The notes under the pieces: model-generated
What the model was told of the DNA's origin: nothing
Databases searched by the model: none
Seen by the model: the letters and a program-made list of their open reading frames with translations, nothing else
In this document: positions 1-7,746 of the stretch, in pieces
How the letters are laid out: every line of letters begins with the position of its first letter
Numbering within the stretch: position 1 is the first letter of the stretch
Assembly (NCBI RefSeq): GCF_963970025.1
Contig: NZ_OZ018776.1
Location: 58,110-90,109 of the forward strand
Source: Rickettsia helvetica
GTDB taxonomy: Bacteria > Pseudomonadota > Alphaproteobacteria > Rickettsiales > Rickettsiaceae
Length of the DNA: 32,000 bases
Direction: 5' to 3'
Translations under genes and position numbers: made by a program

Positions 1-1
1 C

Positions 2-499
2 AAAACTTATTTAACCAAAATATGGCAAAATTTAAGCAATGCCTATATTATTAAAGATATTTTTTTTAATGAAGAAATTTTAGAACAATATAATGCTTTT
101 ATCATTGAAGATATTGAAAACTGGCAAGAGCCAGCATTACTTCATATATTTAATATTATTAACGAAAAACAAAAATATCTTTTACTTACCTCATCTGATA
201 AAAGCAGAAATTTTACTTTACCCGATTTATCTTCACGTATTAAATCAGTACTTAGTATTGTATTAAACTCACCTGACGACGAATTAATCAAAATTCTAAT
301 ATTTAAGCATTTTTCTATTTCTTCGGTAACAATATCCGGACAAATAATAGATTTTCTTTTAGTAAATTTGCCTAGGGAATATTCTAAAATCATAAAAATA
401 TTAGAAAATATTAACCATGTTGCCTTAATGTCCAAAAGAAAAATAACAACTTCATTAGTCAAAGAAGTTTTAAATAAGTATAATCATAAAATATTGTAA
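2..499 (+). CDS. hda: DnaA-family regulatory protein, Hda-like (C-terminal part; 5' end outside window)
   Basis: Frame 2 is open from the window edge to TAA at 497-499. The translation (...IIEDIENWQEPALLHIFNIINEKQKYLLLTSS...LPDLSSRIKSVLSIVLNSPDDELIKILIFKH...) resembles DnaA AAA+ domain III (box VII SR motif, sensor 2) and has no DNA-binding domain IV. The antisense ORF 142..462 is spurious. Confidence 0.7.
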   Translation, partial: KTYLTKIWQNLSNAYIIKDIFFNEEILEQYNAFIIEDIENWQEPALLHIFNIINEKQKYLLLTSSDKSRNFTLPDLSSRIKSVLSIVLNSPDDELIKILIFKHFSISSVTISGQIIDFLLVNLPREYSKIIKILENINHVALMSKRKITTSLVKEVLNKYNHKIL

Positions 500-543
500 C
501 TTTTTCCTTGACTTTAAATCTTCTCAATATAACCTTTCTATAA

Positions 544-1881
544 ATGAACTTTTTAGAAAAAATTGTGTTGGGATACGAAAAAAACAAAAAAGTTTAAACA
601 GAGAACAAAAACGGGCTATAGGCTTACTATCTATAGGTACTTTTTTAGAGTATTTTGATCTTATGCTATATGTTCATATGGCAGTACTACTTAATGAGCT
701 TTTCTTTCCGTAATATGATACTCACGTTAATCGACTTCTTGCCGCTTTTTCTTTTTGTTCTACTTTTATTTTTAGACCCCTTAGGAGCTTTATTATTTGG
801 CTGGATAGAAGATAATATAGGTCGGAAATCCACAGTCATTATTATCACTATTTTAATGTCATTTTCTTGCATCGTTATGGTTAATCTTCCTACTTATATG
901 CTCAAGTAGGTGCTAGTGCCGCTTGGATAGTAACAATATGCTGTATAGTGCAAGGTATATCATCCATGGGGGAAAGTAGGAGCAGAATTATATTTAACGG
1001 AATCTGTCGGAGTTCCTAAACGCTTTCCTGCCGTAACATTTGTAGGGGTGTGTGCTAGCTTAGGATTAACTTTGGCCCTTGGCGTAGCAACCTTAGTTAC
1101 ATCCCTATGGCTTTAATTGGCGTATCGCATTTTGGGTAGGTGCAGGAATTGCATTAATAGGTAGTGCTGCTAGGACTACTTTACGTGAAACACCGAATTT
1201 TGTTGATGCTATAAGCGTAGAATACAAGAAACTATAAAAGATAGTAATATAATTGATGTAGCAAAGATAAAAAATAATCCTGTATGGCAGGAAAAAGTTA
1301 ATAAGAAGACTGCAATCTATTATTTTTTAATACAACTAGCACAACCGGTGTGGTTTTATTTTGCTTATATTCATTGTAGTAATATACTTAAAGATTCGTT
1401 GCACTATACCACTGAAGCAGTAATACATCAAACTTTCATTATTTCTATAGTAGAATTTTTTGTAGCACTAGTACTTACGTGTTTATGCTATAAATTTCAT
1501 CCACTAAAAATTTTAAAAACGCAATTAGTAATATTTTTAACTTTTCTTCTATTTAGTCCATTAATATTAGATAATATAACGCAAGGCTGGCAAATTCTCT
1601 TAATTCAACTAATTGTAGTTACTTTTTCTCCAAGTGAATTTCCGGCAATTCCAATATTTTATAAAAGTTTTCCGGTTTTTAAACGATTTACCTATGCTAG
1701 CTTTATATATGCTTCTTCAAGAGCCGCTATGTATGTAATTAGTTCTTTTGGGCTTGTTTATTTAACAGAACGTCTTAATAATTTAGGATTGTTGATGATA
1801 GTAATTCCTATTATTATAGGGTATAGCCTCGGTATATCACATTTTAAAAAGCTAGAAGTTGAAGTAGGAAATTATTATTGA
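544..1881 (+). pseudogene. proP: ProP-family MFS osmolyte (proline/betaine) transporter, degraded copy 1
   Basis: MFS signature FRPLGALLFGWIEDNIGRKSTV and ProP-like TM segments are spread over all three frames. The first frame stops at TAA 595-597 after an A-run, and there is an in-frame TAA at 711-713 where copy 2 has AAG. Several further frameshifts occur between about 775 and 1340. Only the C-terminal 177 codons (1348-1881) remain open. Confidence 0.8.
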
Positions 1882-1885
1882 ATAT

Positions 1886-1913
1886 AAAAGGCGAAATGTG
1901 GCTCTCACCTTTT
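1886..1913. terminator. Possible bidirectional hairpin between convergent genes
   Basis: AAAAGG (1886-1891) pairs with CCTTTT (1908-1913), plus 2 inner pairs, with T/A runs on both sides. It lies between the proP copy 1 stop and the stop of the 77-aa ORF. The stem is weak. Confidence 0.3.
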
Positions 1914-1925
1914 ATATAAATTAAA

Positions 1926-2159
1926 TTAGTTATATACTTTATCTTCTTCAGCTAGTTCGGTTTTAATTATTTCAAACAGAGAAAAAACCTTACAATATTC
2001 TTCAAGCTTTTCGTTTATTTTTTGTAGTTCATTTAAAGCACTACTAAAATCTTCTTGTATTAAATAGGTTTCTACAGTTTTATTTTGCTCCAATGTTTTA
2101 AGCATGATATCTTGTAACAATTTATTATAGTGATTTTCTAACTTAGATGTATTTGACAT
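1926..2159 (-). CDS. Hypothetical small acidic helical protein (77 aa)
   Basis: Intact ATG-started ORF with 15 Asp/Glu versus 9 Lys and heptad-like Leu/Ile spacing. It is divergent from the 501-aa ORF. I recognise no family. Confidence 0.5.
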   Translation of the reverse strand: MSNTSKLENHYNKLLQDIMLKTLEQNKTVETYLIQEDFSSALNELQKINEKLEEYCKVFSLFEIIKTELAEEDKVYN

Positions 2160-2351
2160 AATGATTAATAAATAACTTTGTATTTTAATTAATATATGAA
2201 TTTTTTAATAATACAATAATTTTTAGTTAGTTTATGTTATTATTTATCTCTCTTTGCTCTATTCACACTAATTCACGACAAAGATTTACCCTAAATTTGC
2301 ATTTTAAGTAATTTAATTATAGATAGCTACTAACAAATTTTAATAATTATC

Positions 2352-2357
2352 TATAAT
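2352..2357 (+). promoter_or_regulatory. Candidate -10 hexamer for the 501-aa ORF
   Basis: Perfect TATAAT lies 44 nt upstream of ATG 2401. No convincing -35 is present. It sits inside the right arm of a 10-bp inverted repeat (2316-2325 / 2348-2357). Confidence 0.25.
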
Positions 2358-2400
2358 GTACCCTAAAACAGATTAAAGGCATACAAATAGAGCGAATAGA

Positions 2401-3906
2401 ATGGCAAGACCTATAGAAGAAGAAAATAAATATGCACAATCACTAGAAAAAGATTTAGATATTGTAATTCCTAAGGAGCAGAGAAAAAATGTATCATCTA
2501 ATAATACAGACACAGTACCTAAAAAGCAGCCTCCGATATTTAGAAGTATGGATGATATAGAAGCTATACAAAGGCGTAACTTAGAGCGTATAATTTCTCA
2601 AGAAATAGTAAAAAGTAAAGATGATTTATATATAATAGAGCAAGAACGGATACAAAAATTAATGAGTAGAGGCACAAACGCCTTAAAAAACCATAAACAA
2701 CACCCAAATACTATTTATAAAAGTGAGCATAAAGCACAAACTAACTCAAAAACATCCAATATCATAAATAGTATTAAGACCTCAAAGACATGGAATAATA
2801 TAAAGAAAATAAGCAACGTAACAGGAAAGATTCTTTTTAATAAAACCACAGCTAGTGTACTCGGATTAATAGCAAGTAGTATTATGCTGGTAACTATAGC
2901 ACCTGCAACAACTCCATTTATGTTTGTATCAGCTACTGCCATGGCAACATCTATAGTAGGTAAAGCAATAATAGATGTAGTACATACTCGAAAGATACGT
3001 CTTCTTACACAAGAAAATAAATTATTAGAAAAACATCGTGATGATTTGAGTAAACAACAAGCCCTTTTAAAAATTGATCCAAAGTTAAAAGATATTTTAA
3101 AAGATGATTTATATATACATAATGATCAGCATCAAACGAAAGACAAAAGTAATAAAGGTACCAAATCATTATTTATAGCATCGGTTATAACAAATGGAAT
3201 AAGTAATATAGTAAACGTGGCGGGGATATCTGCAGCTATAGTCGGTAATAATGTAGCACAAATAATTTCATCAATAAATATAGGATTACAATCATTAAAA
3301 GGTTCTAAAGATTCGGTAAATCAGAGCCAGGATAGAATAAAATTAATTAAGGAGCTAAACCATAATATTAATATAGAAAAACAAAAAGCAGATATAGGTA
3401 ATTATAAAAATATACAAGCATTAGCAGAGATAGGGTATAAACAAACTATTCAAACCGAAGCATTAACCGCTTTACTACAAGATAAGAATTACTTTAGATT
3501 TACCGATCAAGAAAAACAACAGAGATTTAATCAGCTTAGTAAAGAAATAACATTAAGGACAGCATCAGAATATGCTGATACAAAAAAAATAACATCACAA
3601 AATATAATAGTAGATATACTGAAAGATATAGGTAGAGCACATAGTCCTTTTTATAAACAACCGGAGCAAATAACTACTCATAAAAGTGTGTTAACAAAAG
3701 CAGTTGAAAATGCAAATACTAATGATCATAAGGAATACAAAACAATACAGTTAAAAAAGAAATTAGAACTAAGCGGCACAGAAAATATAGCAAATAGAAT
3801 CGGGAAACAATTAATTAATAACAATACTATTTCTAATAAAAATACAGGTACGCCAAATAATTATATAAAAAGTATTGCAAAAAAAGATTTAGGGTTAATA
3901 AGGTAA
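2401..3906 (+). CDS. Hypothetical protein (501 aa) with a central hydrophobic helical hairpin
   Basis: This is the longest intact ORF in the accessory region. Residues about 149-194 form two hydrophobic helices split by PATTP. A second amphipathic Gly/Ala/Ser-rich stretch covers residues about 256-297. The rest is Lys/Asn/Gln/Ile-rich and looks helical. There is no signal peptide and no catalytic motif. Confidence 0.75.
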   Translation: MARPIEEENKYAQSLEKDLDIVIPKEQRKNVSSNNTDTVPKKQPPIFRSMDDIEAIQRRNLERIISQEIVKSKDDLYIIEQERIQKLMSRGTNALKNHKQHPNTIYKSEHKAQTNSKTSNIINSIKTSKTWNNIKKISNVTGKILFNKTTASVLGLIASSIMLVTIAPATTPFMFVSATAMATSIVGKAIIDVVHTRKIRLLTQENKLLEKHRDDLSKQQALLKIDPKLKDILKDDLYIHNDQHQTKDKSNKGTKSLFIASVITNGISNIVNVAGISAAIVGNNVAQIISSINIGLQSLKGSKDSVNQSQDRIKLIKELNHNINIEKQKADIGNYKNIQALAEIGYKQTIQTEALTALLQDKNYFRFTDQEKQQRFNQLSKEITLRTASEYADTKKITSQNIIVDILKDIGRAHSPFYKQPEQITTHKSVLTKAVENANTNDHKEYKTIQLKKKLELSGTENIANRIGKQLINNNTISNKNTGTPNNYIKSIAKKDLGLIR

Positions 3907-3923
3907 ATAGGAAATTATCAATA

Positions 3924-4025
3924 GACCTCTTGCATAACCTATCTTATAAAGAGGAAACACTCACCTCACACTGCAGTATACAAAAAGTATGTGAGGATAT
4001 GAGTACCGGATTGACGTACAAGTAT
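3924..4025 (+). repeat. RPE, family 1 copy (right arm truncated)
   Basis: Aligns by eye with 6831-6972 (GACCTnTT...CACTCACCTC...GTGAGGAT...GACGTACAA). It has an internal hairpin CCTCACA/TGTGAGG and starts 18 nt after the stop of the 501-aa ORF. Confidence 0.7.
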
Positions 4026-4178
4026 TTTTTTTCTCAATTAGTTTATTATCATACTATTAACATCATTAGTGAATAGGTAAAAATAAGCTAATGGTAAGTT
4101 GTACTTCACTTCCTTATTTATCGTATAAAGCGAAATTTCCTATTGACTTTTATATAAAACAGTATAATATCTTTACAA

Positions 4179-5575
4179 TTTAACTTTTGTAAAGATATTA
4201 TACTCGGCTATGAGAAAGAACAAAGAAGTTTAACACGTAAGCAAAAAGAAGCAATAGGACTTTATTTTATCTATCGGTACGTTTCTTGAGTATTTTGACC
4301 TTATGCTATACGTGCATATGGCTGTGTTATTAAATCATTTATTTTTTCCTAAGTATGATCCTTTTGTTAATTCACTTCTTAATGCTTTTGCGTTTTGTTC
4401 TACTTTCGTTTTTAGACCGGTAGGAGCTATAATATTTGGTTGGATTGGTGACAATATAGGCAAAAAAGCAACTGTTATTATTACCACAGCTATTATGGCA
4501 ATCACCTGTATTGTTTTACAGCGACTCTCTTTCCCCTTACTCAGAAATAGGTATAGCTGCTACTATAGTTATAACATTATGTAGAGTTGCTCAAGGGATC
4601 TCATCAATGGACGAGATTATTGGGGGCTCAAATTTACTTAACTGAGATTACAAAACCTCCTAGTCAATATTCAGCTATAGCTGTAATTATCACTGCTTCT
4701 ACTGTAGGAGGTGTTGCAGCACTCGGTATGGCAACCATAGTTACTAATTATAGTTTTAATTGGCGTATAGCTTTTTGGATGGGAGCCGTCATTGCAGTAA
4801 TTGGACTAACTGCATGAACTACTTTACGTGAAACTCCTGTATTTACAGATGCAAAACGTCAACTTCAAGAAAGCTTATCAAGTGCTATTGAGAAAGGAGA
4901 TATAAATGTTAAAAAACTTAAAAAACCACTTTCTTTTTAAAGAAAAAGTTAATAAAAAACTTGTTTAGCTTATTTTTTAATTGAATGTATGTGGCCTGTC
5001 ACGTTTTATTTTACTTACTCGCATTGTAGTAATATATTAAAAAATACCTTGGCTATACTAGTGAACAAATCATACATAATAATTTTTTTGTCTCAGTGAT
5101 ACATTTAGGATCAAATATAATATTAACTTATTTATGCTATAAAATATATCCGATAATCCTTATAAAGTTTAGATTGTTAGTATTTTGGTTATTTGCTTTT
5201 ATATATCCTTATTTATTGTCAAATGTAAGTAGTCCTTTCGAAGTCCTGTTTGTACAATCATTTTTTATTATATTTAGACCTGATGCTTTTCCTGCAGTAT
5301 CTATATGTATAAAACGTTTTCCAGTTTTTAAACGTTTTACTTATCCAAGTTGGTTATTTGCTTTATCACGAGCTTTAATGCATATTATTACCTCTTTTGG
5401 ACTAGTGTTTTTAGTTAAATATTTTGATAATTGGGGAGTATTGTTTATATTAATTCCAGTAAGTATAGGTTTTACGTGGGGGATATTATATTTTGAAAAG
5501 CTTGATAAAGTGGTTGAAAGTTATCCTCAAACTTCGTTAGTGACTGTTTTTCAGCTGATAGTCTTTAGGATATAG
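4179..5575 (+). pseudogene. proP: ProP-family MFS transporter, degraded copy 2
   Basis: Paralogous to 544-1881 and collinear at the protein level. The start codon position reads TTT (4179-4181). There is a frameshift near 4262-4275 and others near 4540-4620. An in-frame TGA at 4815-4817 sits where copy 1 has AGG (Arg). The C-terminal 159 codons (5096-5575) remain open. Confidence 0.8.
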
Positions 5576-6197
5576 ATACTGATAGCATAAAAATAAGAAC
5601 CTTTCTTTTATTACTGGAATTTTAAAGTACGCAGCTATAGTTACAAAATTTATTAAAGTCTCTTTAATAATTTTTTTAGCTTTCTCAGGTGATTTAGCTC
5701 CTAAAGTCTGTATATTATGGACTCTATCAAAAAGTTTTATAAGTGCCGTATTATATCTTTTCTGTTTAATTAATAGATTTAAGCTTTCTTCAGCAGTGAT
5801 TTTCCCGTAAGGTTTAATTCTAGTTAGGCCTTCTACATGTTTCGCTACCTCTGCTCCAAAAATGCCGTTAATCATTTCTTCAGTTAATTCTATATCCTCA
5901 ATAGTATCATGAAGTAAAGCAGCTTGTAGCATTATGGCCGTAAAAAGCTTAGGAACTGCTTCAGCTACAAACTCCGCAAGCATAATCGTCACCTCATATA
6001 GGATGAGAATAATAAGGATCACCTGATTGACGCATTTGAGAACTGTGATATTTACGAGCGTAGTAAATGCCTTTTTTAACCTCTTCTATATCAATAGGAT
6101 TTTTTACTTTAGCGTTTAAATATTCGAGTTTATCAAGTAATTTTTTAGCGTAAACGCATACTTCAAACTTTTTTTTCCAAGAGCTTATATCTTCCAT
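5537..6197 (-). pseudogene. spoT: SpoT-like HD-domain (p)ppGpp hydrolase, split by a single frameshift
   Basis: ORF 5994..6197 ends ...QMRQSGDPYYSHPI. ORF 5537..6022 continues (L)YEVTIMLAEF...AALLHDTIEDIELTEEMINGIFGAEVAKHVEGLTRI. Together these are the RelA/SpoT hydrolase HD motifs. One extra nucleotide at about 5996-5999 creates the UGA. No synthetase domain follows. Confidence 0.8.
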
Positions 6198-6606
6198 AAA
6201 AGTTATTTTTTATTTTTATTAATAATAGTTGATTACAATTAAAATTAAAAAATTGCAATAACAAATAATTTTTTAACTTTAAATATATTAATGACTTTTG
6301 ATTATTTTATATTTTAGCAACTATCATTTTGCTTTATTAGCTGCTTTAACTTCTACTTCCTCTCGTAATTTATACTTTGCTATTTTTTTCCTCTACATAG
6401 TTGAAAAGCTAGTAAAAATAATGGCAAAAGTAATAAATAATGCAAAAATGAGTTACATCATAGTTCAGAAAGGTTCCGACAAGATAAATTTAAAGGCGAG
6501 CGAGCTAGGCGTATATTAATATGTAAGCAAAGGCGAGAGTACAAAATTCGCTTGTATCAAGCTTTATGAATTATGATGTATATGAAAGATTCTTAAAAAC
6601 TCGTAT

Positions 6607-6726
6607 GGACCAGGAGAAACTCATTCAGTGTCATACCGTGGCTTGTTGATCACGGTATAGCATTATTACGTGGATCGATTCCACCCATGTCATCCTAGCT
6701 CGCTTGACCGCAGGTTCCAGAAAAAA
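6607..6726. repeat. RPE-like element, family 3
   Basis: Contains a perfect hairpin ATACCGTG(6633-6640)/CACGGTAT(6651-6658) and the tail CCATGTCATCC...CGCAGGTTCCAGAAAAAA. That tail recurs at 30126-30176 and, inverted, at 30241-30267. Confidence 0.55.
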
Positions 6727-6830
6727 TAGCCAAGTAATGTAATATTATAATGAAATACGTAACTATCAATCTCTCAATGGACAATCTCCTCTCGTTTTCT
6801 TCTTGTCAACGAATTACGTAAACTTTATTA

Positions 6831-6972
6831 GACCTTTTCGGAAATGAGGATTTAGAGAGGAATTTGAAAGAGACACTTCACCTCGAACCGGAGCGTACAT
6901 ACTAGTACGTGAGGATGAGGGGTAAGGATCGACGTACAAATTACCTCTAGAAGTAGAGTTTCCGAAGAGGTA
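6831..6972 (+). repeat. RPE, family 1 (full-length copy)
   Basis: About 142 bp with complementary termini (GACCTTTTCGGAAA / TTTCCGAAGAGGT). Its reverse complement aligns with 21270-21424, sharing an identical CTTCTAGAGGTAATTTGTACGTCGATC block. Confidence 0.75.
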
Positions 6973-6977
6973 TATTG

Positions 6978-7003
6978 TATGACACTGAACGTGTTTCCTG
7001 ATC
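6978..7003. repeat. Inverted copy of 6607-6635 (outer arm of a nested element)
   Basis: The reverse complement GATCAGGAAACACGTTCAGTGTCATA matches GACCAGGAGAAACTCATTCAGTGTCATA at 6608-6635 with few mismatches. Confidence 0.5.
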
Positions 7004-7029
7004 TACACAACAAAAAACTATAACTGTAA

Positions 7030-7128
7030 AGAACGTGGGAATTTAGAAAAAGTAATCAAAAATGCTAAAATTTAGTATTTTTTACTGGATTGTCTTGTCA
7101 ATTACTTCGTAATTTTCTTGCAATGGCA
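7030..7128. repeat. RPE, family 2 (degenerate, 5'-truncated)
   Basis: ACGTGGGAATTTAGAAAAA...TTTTTTACTGGATTGTCTTGTCAA...CTTGCAATGGCA aligns with the family 2 copies at 26381-26502 and 29296-29416. Confidence 0.55.
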
Positions 7129-7225
7129 TTAAATTATTAACTAATATATACTTAGTTAGAAATGCCATTTCACAAAAGTACTGTTTTTCTTGATAGGTTT
7201 AACTATTATAACATTTAAGACTAAA

Positions 7226-7243
7226 AAGCTTGAGTTTAAGCTT
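7226..7243 (-). terminator. Candidate intrinsic terminator downstream of tRNA-Val
   Basis: On the minus strand, AAGCTT-AAACTC-AAGCTT forms a 6-bp stem followed by a U-run (UUUUUAG). It lies about 45 nt after the tRNA 3' end. The stem is short. Confidence 0.35.
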
Positions 7244-7288
7244 CATTCATTGTTTGATGTTTTCGTTGAAATACTAAAAACTTTCGAT

Positions 7289-7364
7289 TGGTGGGCGATG
7301 ACGGACTCGAACCGCCGACACTCTCGGTGTAAACGAGATACTCTACCAGCTGAGCTAATCGCCC
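7289..7364 (-). tRNA. tRNA-Val (anticodon UAC), CCA encoded
   Basis: The reverse complement GGGCGATTAGCTCAGCTGGTAGAGTATCTCGTTTACACCGAGAGTGTCGGCGGTTCGAGTCCGTCATCGCCCACCA folds as a 76-nt cloverleaf. The anticodon loop is TTTACAC and the T-loop is GGTTCGAGTCC. Confidence 0.95.
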
Positions 7365-7473
7365 ATATTTTTTATTAATTAGTAAAATAACATTATTTAT
7401 AATTAATAAGAAGTACATATAAATAATTTGGCAAAATTTTATTAGTTTTTGCTTTTAAATTACCTATAAAGTG

Positions 7474-7746
7474 TTATTTGTTTTCGTTCAAACTTTTTAT
7501 TTGTCTTGATAATCTGCTGATTTTTCTTGAGGCGGTATTTAATTTAATTATATTTTTTTTCACACCTTGCATTATCTTAGACTGAGCAATAGATAAAGCT
7601 AAGTTAGCATTTTCTTTATTACCAAGACTGATTTCATGTACCACTTTCTTTATAAAAGTTTTTATTGCACTAGATCTTTTTTTATTGATTAGAGTTCTTT
7701 TTACTGTTTGTCTAGCAGCTTTTTTTGCTGAAGAATGATTAGCCAT
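7474..7746 (-). CDS. rpsT: 30S ribosomal protein bS20
   Basis: 90-aa basic protein with N-terminus [26 protein letters not shown], typical of S20. Confidence 0.93.
   Translation of the reverse strand: MANHSSAKKAARQTVKRTLINKKRSSAIKTFIKKVVHEISLGNKENANLALSIAQSKIMQGVKKNIIKLNTASRKISRLSRQIKSLNENK

Noticed and set aside
142-462. 106-aa minus-strand ORF at the window start
   Set aside because: It is antisense to a clearly Hda-like plus-strand frame. It has low-complexity hydrophobic composition typical of shadow ORFs in AT-rich DNA.
508-533. TTGACT-14 nt-TATAAC upstream of proP copy 1, and the parallel TTGACT-14 nt-TATAAT at 4143-4168 upstream of copy 2
   Set aside because: The hexamers are good, but the 14-nt spacing is outside the functional 16-18 nt range for sigma-70 promoters. 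I note it as a conserved block and do not call it a promoter.
5990-6002. Possible programmed +1 frameshift (prfB-like) at AUA UGA G in the spoT-like gene
   Set aside because: The shift occurs at a UGA as in prfB. However, the P-site codon AUA cannot re-pair in the +1 frame (UAU), and no upstream Shine-Dalgarno-like stimulator is visible. A simple 1-nt insertion or a sequencing error is more likely.
6298-6519. 73-aa ORF in the spoT to tRNA-Val spacer
   Set aside because: It has low-complexity sequence and no ribosome-binding context, and its 3' end runs into repeat-like sequence. It is most likely non-coding.
7190-7418. Two about 60-aa ORFs (7190..7378 plus strand, 7236..7418 minus strand)
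   Set aside because: Both simply translate through the tRNA-Val gene (7289-7364) and its flanks.
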